Shown piece after piece: positions 9,469 to 18,539 of a DNA stretch of 64,000 nt. The position numbers and the translations under genes are program-made. Every line of letters begins with the position of its first letter. Within the stretch, counting starts at the first letter, position 1. The stretch spans positions 736,001 to 800,000 of the forward strand of contig CBDBOV010000003.1 in the NCBI GenBank assembly GCA_965208575.1, given 5' to 3'. The stretch is from Spirochaetia bacterium. Its GTDB lineage: Bacteria; Spirochaetota; Spirochaetia; SZUA-6; Bin103. The notes beneath the pieces are model-generated. The model was not told where the DNA came from. It was given only the letters and a program-made list of their open reading frames with translations, and did not search any database.

Positions 9469-10257
9469 CTACACCGTGGGGGCGGCGCCGCCGTCGACGT
9501 TGATGGCGGAGCCGGTGACGAAGGCGGCGCGGGCGGAGGCCAGGAACGCGATCACGTCGCCGGCTTCCTCGGCGGGCGCGATGCGACCGAGCGGGATGCG
9601 CTTGCCGCCGTCCTGGTAGAACTGCTCCAGCGTGTAGGAGGGGTCGTCCGCGTGCGCGCTCTGCCAGCGGCGGTCGTTCTGCCGGCTCCTGATGTTGTTT
9701 ACGCACACCGTGTTCACCCGGATGCCGGCGCCGGCGTACTCGTTGGCGAGCGCCTTGGTGAGGGCGATGCCGGCCGCGCGCGACAGCGAGGTGGGCACCG
9801 ATCCACCGGGCGCCGCCTTGCCGGCCGGCGTGGTGATGTTGATCACTACGCCGCCGCGCTCCTTGAGTGCCGGCAGCACGGCCCGGGTGCAGTGCACGGC
9901 GCCGTACAGCTTGAGCTGCAGGTCTTCGCCGAGCAGGTGGTCGTCCATCACCTCGAACGAGTAGGCGTTGCCGGTGCCGGCGTTGTTGACCAGTATGTCG
10001 ATGCGCCCGAAGTGACCGCGCACGCGCTCCGCCATCGCGGCGATCTGCTCCATGTCGCCGACGTCCGCGGCCACCGGCAGCACGTCCGCGCCGGTCGCGG
10101 CCGAGATCTCGCGTGCCGCGGTGTCCAGGTCCGCCTGGTTGCGGGCCACGATCGCCACCCGGGCGCCCTCGCGCGCAAACCGCTCCGCCGCCGCGCGTCC
10201 GATTCCGAAACTGCCACCGGTCACGATGGCAACCATGTTTTGCAAACCAAGGTCCAT
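9469..10257 (-). CDS. SDR family oxidoreductase
   Basis: TGGSFGIG, NNAG, 'GIRVNTV' and 'VTGSAINVDGG'. The catalytic YxxxK is replaced by TSLSR. Confidence 0.9.
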   Translation of the reverse strand: MDLGLQNMVAIVTGGSFGIGRAAAERFAREGARVAIVARNQADLDTAAREISAATGADVLPVAADVGDMEQIAAMAERVRGHFGRIDILVNNAGTGNAYSFEVMDDHLLGEDLQLKLYGAVHCTRAVLPALKERGGVVINITTPAGKAAPGGSVPTSLSRAAGIALTKALANEYAGAGIRVNTVCVNNIRSRQNDRRWQSAHADDPSYTLEQFYQDGGKRIPLGRIAPAEEAGDVIAFLASARAAFVTGSAINVDGGAAPTV

Positions 10258-10281
10258 ACTGCATCATAGCCGCTATCAGCC

Positions 10282-11076
10282 ATGCAGGAATCAAGTCTCC
10301 CGACCATTCGGGAACCACGCCCGCTTACCACCGATGAGTTCCGCTTCTTCCGCTACAATGGCTTCCTCAAGCTGCCGTGGCGGTTGCCCGCCGAATTGGT
10401 GGAGGCGATCAGGAGGCAGGCCGCGAACGACATCGAGCAGGCGGTGGAGCCGCTGGTCCGCGACTACCGCGGCGACGTGATGCGCCTGTCGGCCATCTGG
10501 GAGCGCGGCGGTGCGATCCGGCGCGCACTCGGCGGCCCGGAAGTGGTGCCGGCGCTGCAGTCGCTGCTCGGCCCCGACGTGGAGTACACGCTCAATCGTC
10601 ACAATCACCTCACCCTGCGGCGCCAGGACGACCGCACGGCGATGTCGATCGAGTTGCACCGCGACGTGGGAAACTGGTCGCGCACCATCTGTACGATCCT
10701 GTTCTACCTGGAGGACACCAACCTCGAGAACGGCTGCACGCAGGTCATTCCCGGCAGCCACCTGCTGCCCGATTTCGCACCGGGGCTGAGGGCGGAGAAC
10801 GACCCATGGTGGATTGCCTCCGGCCTGCTGGAGCAGCGCATCTCGATTCCGATGCCGGCCGGCGGCCTGCTGGCAATCGACAGCATGCTCGCGCACGCCG
10901 CCGGACGCAACCGCACCGACGGCACCCGCATGACGCTGACCGCCGGCTACCACGTGGTGGACCACCACGCCGGCGCGTGGGATCCCAAGCGCGTGGTGGT
11001 GTGCGGCGAACGCACATACCACGGCAACGACGTGCGCCGCCGGCGGCGCGCCGAGCCGGAGCGCGCGGCACCGTGA
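10282..11076 (+). CDS. Phytanoyl-CoA dioxygenase (PhyH) family Fe/2OG oxygenase
   Basis: 'FFRYNGFL', HxD 'LHRD', 'NGCTQVIPGSH' and 'HAAGRN...R'. Confidence 0.88.
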   Translation: MQESSLPTIREPRPLTTDEFRFFRYNGFLKLPWRLPAELVEAIRRQAANDIEQAVEPLVRDYRGDVMRLSAIWERGGAIRRALGGPEVVPALQSLLGPDVEYTLNRHNHLTLRRQDDRTAMSIELHRDVGNWSRTICTILFYLEDTNLENGCTQVIPGSHLLPDFAPGLRAENDPWWIASGLLEQRISIPMPAGGLLAIDSMLAHAAGRNRTDGTRMTLTAGYHVVDHHAGAWDPKRVVVCGERTYHGNDVRRRRRAEPERAAP

Positions 11077-11130
11077 GCCATCGGCACCGGCAGCCCGTGG
11101 CGAACGCCGGCTGCATGCGAGCTGCGCTGC

Positions 11131-11883
11131 TCAGGGGGCGTGCCTCGACCCGGCCTCCTTCCTGGCGCGGTGCATCTCGGCGATCAGTTCGTCGGTGGGC
11201 GGATAGTACGTGCCGGGCACGACCCGTTCGGCGCGGATCTTTTCCTTGACGTAGTTCTCGGCGTCCTCGTGCTCCAGCGCCCACTCCAGGGCGGCCTCGG
11301 CCATCCACGACGGCACCACCAGCACGCCGTCGTTGTCGCCCACCATCACGTCGCCGGGGCGCACCAGGGCGCCGCCGCACTGGATCTGGATATTCACCTC
11401 GGCGGGGGTCGCGTCCACGCCGCCGTGAAAGCTGCGGTGCTTGGCGTAGATGGTGAGCCCGTAGTCTTCTTCGGTCATCACGTCCAGGTCGCGGATGGCG
11501 CCGTCGATCACCGCGCCGTCGGCGTTGTTCATGGCCAGTTGCAGCAGCTTGACGTCGCCGGCGAGCACGTCGCGGCTGGAGCCCATGATGTCGGCCACCA
11601 GCACGTCGCCGGGGCCGCACTTGCCCATCGCGACGTACTCGGGATCGTCGACGCCGCCCGGCTTCTCGGCCATCAGGTCGGCGCGCCGCGGCAGGAAGCG
11701 CAGCGTCACCGCGCGGGCGGCGAACCGCTGCTTGCCGGGCGTCAGGTTGCGCAGCCCCTCGCACACGTTCAGCGGGCACCCGAAGTTGCACACGGCGCCG
11801 TACACGGTGGCGCCGGGGATCGACTTCAGGCCGTCGAGGACATCCTGCGGCACGTGTCTCGGTTTCATGTCGAATGTCGGCAT
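11131..11883 (-). CDS. RraA / HMG-aldolase-like family protein
   Basis: 'RAVTLRFLP', 'GDVLVAD', 'VIDGAIRD' and 'CGGALVRPGDVMVGDNDGVLVVP'. Confidence 0.88.
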   Translation of the reverse strand: MPTFDMKPRHVPQDVLDGLKSIPGATVYGAVCNFGCPLNVCEGLRNLTPGKQRFAARAVTLRFLPRRADLMAEKPGGVDDPEYVAMGKCGPGDVLVADIMGSSRDVLAGDVKLLQLAMNNADGAVIDGAIRDLDVMTEEDYGLTIYAKHRSFHGGVDATPAEVNIQIQCGGALVRPGDVMVGDNDGVLVVPSWMAEAALEWALEHEDAENYVKEKIRAERVVPGTYYPPTDELIAEMHRARKEAGSRHAP

Positions 11884-11977
11884 GGGCGCATGGTACCGGC
11901 GTTTGACAGTGGTTCGCCAGAGGCGGTAGGGTGCCGGAAATCCCAAGTGCACTTGCCGACCAGGGAGGGTCTATCGC

Positions 11978-13024
11978 ATGGCTGACACGGCACCTGCGTT
12001 TCCACGTGACAGGCGCGGCGAATGGGTACCTGCGGAATTGCCAAAACCGGGGCCGGCGTTCTCGCGCCCGTGGCAAATCAAGCGGGCCATCAACGTCATA
12101 TTCGGGTTCGAGGGCATTCTCGGCTGGCAGTCGCTGGTCTACATCGGCCTGACCGTGGTGAGCTGGTTGTTTCTGACCCCGGACATGGCACGCATGCGCA
12201 CCTTCGGGATCGGTTGGATCGCCGAGCTCTACCTGCGCAACGCGGCGCTGCTGCTGCTGATCGCGGGCCCGCTCCACCTGCGGCTGTACGTGCTGAAGGC
12301 GCAGGGCGACCGCTACAAGTTCAACGCCCACTTCCCGCAAGCCGGCAACAGCAAGTTCCTGTTCGGGAGTCAGACCTGGGACAACGTGTTCTGGTGCTTC
12401 GTCAGCGGAGTGACCATCTGGACCGCGTTCGAGGCGCTCAGCCTGTGGGCGTATGCCAACGACATCCTGCCGTGGGTGGAGTTCCGCACCAACCCGGTGT
12501 ACTGCCTGCTGTTGTTCCCGTTCATCCTCCTGTTCCGCCAGGCACACTTCTATTGGACCCATCGGCTCACCCACTGGAAGCCGTACTACCGGGCGGCTCA
12601 CTACGTGCATCACAAGAACGTCAGTCCCGGCCCGTGGTCGGGATTCTCGATGCATCCGCTGGAGCACCTGATCTACCTGTCCGGCTTCCTGCTGCACTGG
12701 ATCCTGCCGTCGCACCCGATCCACATGGTGTATCACCTGCTGCACGCCGGCCTGTCCCCGGCCAACGGTCACAGCGGCTTCCACCGCGTCGAGGTAAGGG
12801 ACAAGCCGAGCGTGAAGAGCGGCGACTACTTCCACTACCTGCATCACCGCTACTTCGACTGCAACTACGGCAACGAAGGGGTGCCGCTGGACAAGTGGTT
12901 CGGCAGCTTCCACGACGGCTCGCCGGAGGCGCACGAGGCGATGCGCGGCCGTCACCGCCGCATCAAGCTCGGCCGCAGGTACGTTCCTCAGCCGGGGGCG
13001 GCGGCAACCCCCGACCTGCGTTAG
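11978..13024 (+). CDS. Sterol desaturase / fatty acid hydroxylase family membrane protein
   Basis: His boxes HFYWTHRLTH, HYVHHKN, HSGF and HYLHHRYF; hydrophobic helices. Confidence 0.9.
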   Translation: MADTAPAFPRDRRGEWVPAELPKPGPAFSRPWQIKRAINVIFGFEGILGWQSLVYIGLTVVSWLFLTPDMARMRTFGIGWIAELYLRNAALLLLIAGPLHLRLYVLKAQGDRYKFNAHFPQAGNSKFLFGSQTWDNVFWCFVSGVTIWTAFEALSLWAYANDILPWVEFRTNPVYCLLLFPFILLFRQAHFYWTHRLTHWKPYYRAAHYVHHKNVSPGPWSGFSMHPLEHLIYLSGFLLHWILPSHPIHMVYHLLHAGLSPANGHSGFHRVEVRDKPSVKSGDYFHYLHHRYFDCNYGNEGVPLDKWFGSFHDGSPEAHEAMRGRHRRIKLGRRYVPQPGAAATPDLR

Positions 13025-13100
13025 ATCAGCGCCAACGGCCGCGAGACAACATTTCCCGGCGCGCGAGTGGTCGCCGCCGGGCCAACAGGAGCAACACGAC

Positions 13101-13463
13101 ATGGAGCGAACTCTGTACCGCGGCGGCGAAAGCGCCGCCGCACGCATGGAAGAGCAGTGGGGGGCGCTGCGCTGGCTGGCCAGCGGCGCCATCGGCAACG
13201 CGGCGGGGCTGACCCTCGGCCACGTATCGATCAAGGCGGGCACTTCCAACCCGCGCCACTGCCACCGCACCTGCGAGGAGGTGCTGTACCTGCTGCGCGG
13301 CACCATCACCCACACCCTCGGCGACGAGACGTTCACCATGCAGGCCGGCGACACCATCTCGATTCCCGCCGGGGTGTTCCACAACGGCATCAACGACGGC
13401 GACGAGGATGCCGAGATGATCGTGGCCTACGACACCGCCACCCGCGACTTCGTCCTGGAGTAG
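13101..13463 (+). CDS. Cupin domain protein
   Basis: 'HCHRTCEEVLYLLRG' and 'GDTISIPAGVFHNGIN'. Confidence 0.88.
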   Translation: MERTLYRGGESAAARMEEQWGALRWLASGAIGNAAGLTLGHVSIKAGTSNPRHCHRTCEEVLYLLRGTITHTLGDETFTMQAGDTISIPAGVFHNGINDGDEDAEMIVAYDTATRDFVLE

Positions 13464-13476
13464 GACGCCGGCGCCG

Positions 13477-14316
13477 CTAACGGGGTGCGAGCGGCGCCGA
13501 CTTGAACGATTTCACTTGGCCGGTGATGGCGCGCTCGGTGGGCAGCCGTTCGATGGAGGAGGCGCCGAAGAAACCGTCGATGCCGGGCATGCGCGCCAGC
13601 GCCTCGGAGACGTTCTCGGGTTCGTCGAACGGCCCGCCGTGGCAGATCACCAGCAGGTCTTCGCGCACCGCGCGGCCCGCCGCGGCGATCGCCAGCACGC
13701 GCTCGATCGCCTCGTCCAGGCTGAACGCCACCGCTGCCCCGATGCTGCCGGAGGTGGTCAGGCCGACGTGCGCTACCAGTTGGTCGGCGCCCGCTTCCGC
13801 CATCGCCGCGGCCTGCTGCTCGTCGAACACGTAGGGCGAGGTGAACAGGTCGATCTCGTGCGCCAGCCGGATTGCCTCGATCTCCTTGTCGTAGCCCATG
13901 CCGGTGGCTTCCAGGTTGAGGCGGAACTCGCCGTCGATCAGCCCCACGGTGGGGAAGTTCTGCACCCCCGAGAAGCCGGTCTCCTTGAGCTGGCGCAGAA
14001 ATACCGGCATCAGCCGGAACGGGTCGGTGCCGCACACCCCGGCCAGCACCGGCGTGTCCCGGACCACCGGCAGCACTTCCGAGGCCATCTCCACCACGAT
14101 GCCGTTGGCGTCGCCATAGGGCATCATCCCGGCCAGCGAGCCGCGCCCGGCCATGCGGTAGCGGCCCGAGTTGTAGATGATGATCAGGTCCGCGCCGCCC
14201 GCCTCGGCGAGCTTGGCGGAGATGCCGGTGCCGGCGCCGCAGCCCACCACCGGGGTCCCGTTCGCCGACTGCGCCCGCAAACGGCGCACGATTTCTTGCC
14301 GAGGAATGCCCGTCAC
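13477..14316 (-). CDS. Phosphoenolpyruvate hydrolase-like / TIM-barrel signal transduction protein
   Basis: 'GAGTGISAK...IIYNSGRYRMAGRGSLAG', 'GVQNFPTVGLIDG', 'CHGGP' and 'GASSIERLP'. Confidence 0.92.
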   Translation of the reverse strand: MTGIPRQEIVRRLRAQSANGTPVVGCGAGTGISAKLAEAGGADLIIIYNSGRYRMAGRGSLAGMMPYGDANGIVVEMASEVLPVVRDTPVLAGVCGTDPFRLMPVFLRQLKETGFSGVQNFPTVGLIDGEFRLNLEATGMGYDKEIEAIRLAHEIDLFTSPYVFDEQQAAAMAEAGADQLVAHVGLTTSGSIGAAVAFSLDEAIERVLAIAAAGRAVREDLLVICHGGPFDEPENVSEALARMPGIDGFFGASSIERLPTERAITGQVKSFKSAPLAPR

Positions 14317-14415
14317 TCCAACACCTCCGGCACTGGCAAGCGGGACGCCGACTGTGCCCGTAGACGGCGCACGATTTCTTGCCGAGGAATGGCCGTCACT
14401 TCAGCATCTCCAGCA
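14263..14415. repeat. Imperfect direct duplication (~70 bp unit, 83 bp period) of the Tm-1-like / TIM-barrel gene junction
   Basis: cgccgactg[c/t]gcccg..acggcgcacgatttcttgccgaggaatg[c/g]ccgtcact.. occurs at 14263 and at 14346. Confidence 0.9.
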
Positions 14416-15613
14416 GCAGGTTGGCGGCCCGCCCGGAGAACTCCGGGTCGTTGATGTTATGGTCCGACTCCAGGAATGGGATGTCGGCGCGCAGGTTGCC
14501 GCGGATCGCTTCGAAGCAGGCGGCGTCCGCCTCCGGGTCCCAGAACCGCTCGCCCTCGCTGTCCAGCATCGATACGCCGCGCTTCGGCACGAGCACCTTG
14601 ACCGGCGCGGCGGCCTCGTTGACGGCGGCGGCGATCATCTCGCCGATGCGGCGGTTCTCGGCAACGTTGGTGCGCAGCAGGGTGACGTCCGGGTTCCACT
14701 CGTAGAGCTGGCGGCCGCGGTAGTGCTCGGGAACGGTCTCCGGGCCGCCGAAGTTGGCCATGTCCACGCAACCGGGCACCACCACCGCCGGGATGCCGGC
14801 GCGGGAGGCGGCCAGGCAGCGCTCCGGGCCGGCGTCGAACACGCCGCCGCACACCGTGTCGGCCAGCTCGGTGGTGGTGATGTCCAGGCTGCCGGCGATG
14901 TAGCCGTCGCTGATCAGGCCCTCCATGGTGCGGCCCCCGCTGCCGGTGGCGTGGAACACCAGCACCTCGTAGCCGGCGGCCTCCAGGATGCCTTGCGCGT
15001 GGCCGACCGCGGTGGTGGTGTTGCCGAACATCGACGCGGTCAGCAGCGGCCGCTCGTCGCCGGTGGCGGTCGCCGCGGCGCCGCGGCCCCGTACCATGCC
15101 GGCGATGGCGCCGGCGGCGTTGGCGTAGATGGCGCGGCTGATGCGGTTCATGCCGGCCACGTCCACGATGGAGGGCATGAAGGTGATGTCCTTGGTGCCG
15201 GCGAAGGCGCTCACGTCGCCGCCGCCCACCGTGGACACCATCACCTTCGGTACCCCGACCGGCAACTCGCGCATGGCGGTGGTGGCCAGCGATGTGCCGC
15301 CGCTGCCGCCCATGCCGATGATGCCGTCCAGGCGCCCCTCGCCGTGCAGGCGGCTCACCACCGCGGCCAGCCCGCGCGCCATGGTGGCCATCGCCGCGTC
15401 CTTGTGGCCGCCCGACGAAAGGTGCGCAAGATCGCCGTCCCCGGCCGCGCACACCTCGGCGCGGGTCACGTCGGGCGTGAAGGCGGGCTCTCCCATCACC
15501 CCAAAGTCCACCACCAGCGTGTCCACTCCGGCTCCTTCGATCAGTTCCTTGACGAACGCGAAGTCCGCCCCCTTGGTGTCCAGCGCCCCCACCAGCACTA
15601 CCGTATCGGCCAT
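14396..15613 (-). CDS. Tm-1-like ATP-binding domain protein (UPF0261)
   Basis: 'GALDTKG', 'GGSGGT', 'LPVGVPKVMVST', 'SMFGNTT', 'FHATGSGG' and 'DMANFG'. Confidence 0.92.
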   Translation of the reverse strand: MADTVVLVGALDTKGADFAFVKELIEGAGVDTLVVDFGVMGEPAFTPDVTRAEVCAAGDGDLAHLSSGGHKDAAMATMARGLAAVVSRLHGEGRLDGIIGMGGSGGTSLATTAMRELPVGVPKVMVSTVGGGDVSAFAGTKDITFMPSIVDVAGMNRISRAIYANAAGAIAGMVRGRGAAATATGDERPLLTASMFGNTTTAVGHAQGILEAAGYEVLVFHATGSGGRTMEGLISDGYIAGSLDITTTELADTVCGGVFDAGPERCLAASRAGIPAVVVPGCVDMANFGGPETVPEHYRGRQLYEWNPDVTLLRTNVAENRRIGEMIAAAVNEAAAPVKVLVPKRGVSMLDSEGERFWDPEADAACFEAIRGNLRADIPFLESDHNINDPEFSGRAANLLLEMLK

Positions 15614-15768
15614 CAGTTCCTCCGGCCCTTACCCAAACCCAAATCGCGCCGTCCGGCAAGTACCCCGAACCTCGCTACGGCGGCCCGTGGCCCATCAGCG
15701 TCAAACGCCGTGCATTAGCGTCGGCGGTTGTGTGCGATCCGCGCATCGAGTGGTAACATGTGAGCGCC

Positions 15769-16872
15769 ATGATCAAGCGGGTCACGTTCAGGAATTTCCG
15801 CAGCCTGCAGGAGGTCGAGTTGGATCTCGGACCACTGACGGTGCTGATCGGACCCAACGGGTCCGGGAAGACCAACGTGATCGACGCCCTTCGGTTCGTC
15901 GATGCATTTGCTTGGCAGGGCCGGAGGTTGGACAATGAGATCGATGCCCGCGGTGGCTGGACGGAGTTGGTGTGGGGCGGCGATGCCGCCACTCCTTTGG
16001 AAATCGGTGTCGACTTCGAGCAGGAGTGTGGTCTCGTTGCGTACTGTGCGACCCTCCGCCCACGCCGCGATGGTGAAACCGTCGCTGATGCAGAGTCGCT
16101 TGCCGTCAACGATACGCCGCAGATTGCTAGGCGCGGCGAACGAGTGGAATTATCGGACGGCGTCCTCGCCAGCCCCCCAAGCGGTGCTCTCAGCGTGGCT
16201 CACCTCGGGATCACCCAGATGCTGGCCCGGAAGATACCGTCACTGCGCCTTCCGGATTGGAGCTTCTATGATCTCGTTCCCGGAGCTACCAGGGGACCGA
16301 AGCCGATCAAGCGCGAGTACCGACTGGACGTAACCGGCAGCAAGCTTGCTACCGTGGTTCACACGTTGTTTTCCGACGCTGATCCCGCGCTCGAGGATGC
16401 GCTCGATTTCTTGAAGGGATGTGTCCCGACCGTGGAGCGCCTGATCTCTCCCATCTTCGGAGAGGGTGAGACCTACGTCGCGCTGGCCGAGCGTGATGTT
16501 CCACGACCGGTCGGGTCGTGGGGGCTGTCCGACGGCACGCTGCTGGCCCTGGCGATCGCCGTCGCCCTCGTTACGCCGAGGCCGCCCGATCTCATTTGCC
16601 TGGAGTCTCCCGAGGCCGGCATTCATCCACGCATGCTGGAGGCGATCGCTGATCTGTTGGTGTCCGCGTCCGCGGAGACTCAGGTGATCGTCACCACCCA
16701 CTCTCCCTACCTGCTGCGCTGGTTGCCGTACGAGCATTTCGTGGTCGTGGACAAGGTCGAAGGCGCAACTACGTTGCGTCCCCTGCACGATGACGCGGAC
16801 CTTCGCGAACTGGTTCAGGAGTTGGGCGCCGGAGAAGCCTGGTACGCCGGCTATCTCGGCGGCGTACCGTGA
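15769..16872 (+). CDS. AAA_21-type ABC ATPase
   Basis: 'FRNFRSL', Walker A GPNGSGKT, signature 'LSDGT', Walker B-like 'LICLESPE..IHP' and 'TTHSP'. Confidence 0.88.
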   Translation: MIKRVTFRNFRSLQEVELDLGPLTVLIGPNGSGKTNVIDALRFVDAFAWQGRRLDNEIDARGGWTELVWGGDAATPLEIGVDFEQECGLVAYCATLRPRRDGETVADAESLAVNDTPQIARRGERVELSDGVLASPPSGALSVAHLGITQMLARKIPSLRLPDWSFYDLVPGATRGPKPIKREYRLDVTGSKLATVVHTLFSDADPALEDALDFLKGCVPTVERLISPIFGEGETYVALAERDVPRPVGSWGLSDGTLLALAIAVALVTPRPPDLICLESPEAGIHPRMLEAIADLLVSASAETQVIVTTHSPYLLRWLPYEHFVVVDKVEGATTLRPLHDDADLRELVQELGAGEAWYAGYLGGVP

Positions 16873-17447
16873 GCCTGGGGTTGTTCGTCGAAGGGCAGAG
16901 CGACCGCGATACGATCCCGATCCTCGCCAGGAAGATCGGCTTTCGAAGGGCGATCCGGTGCCGTGTGGTCGAACGCGGCAGCATGCTGTCGGCCGATCGG
17001 ATGACACCCCACGTTCGGAGTCTCTCGAAGCAGCATCCCGACCTGACAGACATTCTGATATGCATGGATGGCGACGAGTTCACGCCCGATCAGTTGCGAC
17101 GACGCGTGATTCAGCCGGCGCGGCAGTTGAACCGCGTGTCGTCGGTGCAGGTGAACTACATCATCGTCGACCGTGCGCTGGAAGGCTGGCTTGCCTGCGA
17201 CGAGGGGGCGTTACGTGCGGTGCTCGGTTCGCGTGCGAGGATAAATATCAAGAGCCATCCCGAGCACCACCCGCGGCCGGCTGAAATATTGCGACGACTA
17301 TTTCGCGAGAACGGAAGGACTTTCGTCAAGACCCGCCACGATCCGCAGATCGCCGACCAGGTCACCTCCAGTGTTGTCGCCAGGCGGAGCCCGACATTCA
17401 CCGAGTTCTCGCGGACTATCAGAAGACTTGATTCCGCGGGCTCGTAA
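16869..17447 (+). CDS. DUF4276-like TOPRIM-fold protein
   Basis: 'LFVEGQSD', 'DGDE', 'LEGWLACD' and 'RSPTF..F'. GTGA overlap with the ATPase. Confidence 0.75.
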   Translation: MSLGLFVEGQSDRDTIPILARKIGFRRAIRCRVVERGSMLSADRMTPHVRSLSKQHPDLTDILICMDGDEFTPDQLRRRVIQPARQLNRVSSVQVNYIIVDRALEGWLACDEGALRAVLGSRARINIKSHPEHHPRPAEILRRLFRENGRTFVKTRHDPQIADQVTSSVVARRSPTFTEFSRTIRRLDSAGS

Positions 17448-17538
17448 GGCTCGCGAAGTTCGCCCATTGACCATCGACAGGAAGAGTTTCTGACCCCGAG
17501 TATACGGTGGTCGTCGTCCGAAGACCGGCGTGCTGCGG

Positions 17539-18222
17539 TCAACTATCGTTGGTCGTGCCCATCAGGGTGAGGATGCGGGCGACGTAGCCCTGGGTTTCTT
17601 CGGGAGCGTGGCCGGTCACATGGGCCCACAGGGCGCAGTCGGCGCGGCACGCTTCCTGGGCGCGCAGGATGCGGCTGCGCCCGCCGTTGTAGCTGGCGAA
17701 GGTGAACGCCAGCCGCTCGCGCGGCATCGGAATGTCGTGCCAGCGTTCGTACAGGTCGCGGTCATAGAAGATACCCGCGGCGATGTTGGCCCCGGGATCG
17801 TCGTTGTCCAGCACCGGCAGGTCCGACTTCTCGGCGATCTCGCGCAGCGTGGCCGGCATGATCTGCATGATCCCCTTGGCCCCCACCCAGCTCTCCGCAT
17901 CCTCACGCAGGCCCGACTCGGCGATGCCCTGCGCCTTGAACCAGCGCCAGTCGAAGCCGGGGCCGAAGAACCGCTTCGAGTACTTCCGGAACAGCGGATC
18001 GTAGCGGTCGGTCCACACGTCGTGTTCCACCGGCTTGCGACCGAGCACGTCCGTGCCAGCCTGCGCATCGGCCGGGATCGCACCCTCAGCCGATGCTCCC
18101 GTCGCGGTGTCGTCCGCAGCATCTGCTGCAGGCAACCCGGCTGCGCATCCGGCCAGAAGCGCGGCGGCCGCCAGGGCCGCCGGCAGGCTCCCGCGGGCGA
18201 TCCGTGTGACGGTCGCGGTCAA
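17539..18222 (-). CDS. Lytic transglycosylase SLT domain lipoprotein (MltF catalytic-domain-like)
   Basis: Lipobox LAGC, 'AES', 'GAKGIMQIMPAT', 'ASYNGG' and 'ETQGYV'. Confidence 0.88.
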   Translation of the reverse strand: MTATVTRIARGSLPAALAAAALLAGCAAGLPAADAADDTATGASAEGAIPADAQAGTDVLGRKPVEHDVWTDRYDPLFRKYSKRFFGPGFDWRWFKAQGIAESGLREDAESWVGAKGIMQIMPATLREIAEKSDLPVLDNDDPGANIAAGIFYDRDLYERWHDIPMPRERLAFTFASYNGGRSRILRAQEACRADCALWAHVTGHAPEETQGYVARILTLMGTTNDS

Positions 18223-18437
18223 TTGAGGCCCATGCCGACGACCAGGCCGATGGCGATGCCGATACCGACGAACATGCCGCCGACCATGGTGCCGATTGCG
18301 CGGTTGCCGGCGGCCAGTTGCTCGGCGGTGTCGAACGGGGTCAGGTGATCGATCACCTTGTAGCCCACGAACATGAACGCAATAGCCGCACCCCCGCCGA
18401 GCAGTGCGTAGAGCAGATTCAATAGTACGATAGTCAC
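18219..18437 (-). CDS. DUF350-like small membrane protein
   Basis: GTG start with GGAGG SD. 'LLNLLYALLGG...GYKVIDHLTPFDTAEQLAAGNRAIG...'. This is the C-terminal end of the long track ORF 18219..20117. Confidence 0.78.
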   Translation of the reverse strand: MTIVLLNLLYALLGGGAAIAFMFVGYKVIDHLTPFDTAEQLAAGNRAIGTMVGGMFVGIGIAIGLVVGMGLN

Positions 18438-18539
18438 TTCGCTCTCCTCCGAGACATGCGACACATCATACCGCAGCGCAAACCGGCCAAGCCGGTGGCA
18501 TGATTTGACAGGAACACGCTGCCCGAACATGCTGTTTGC

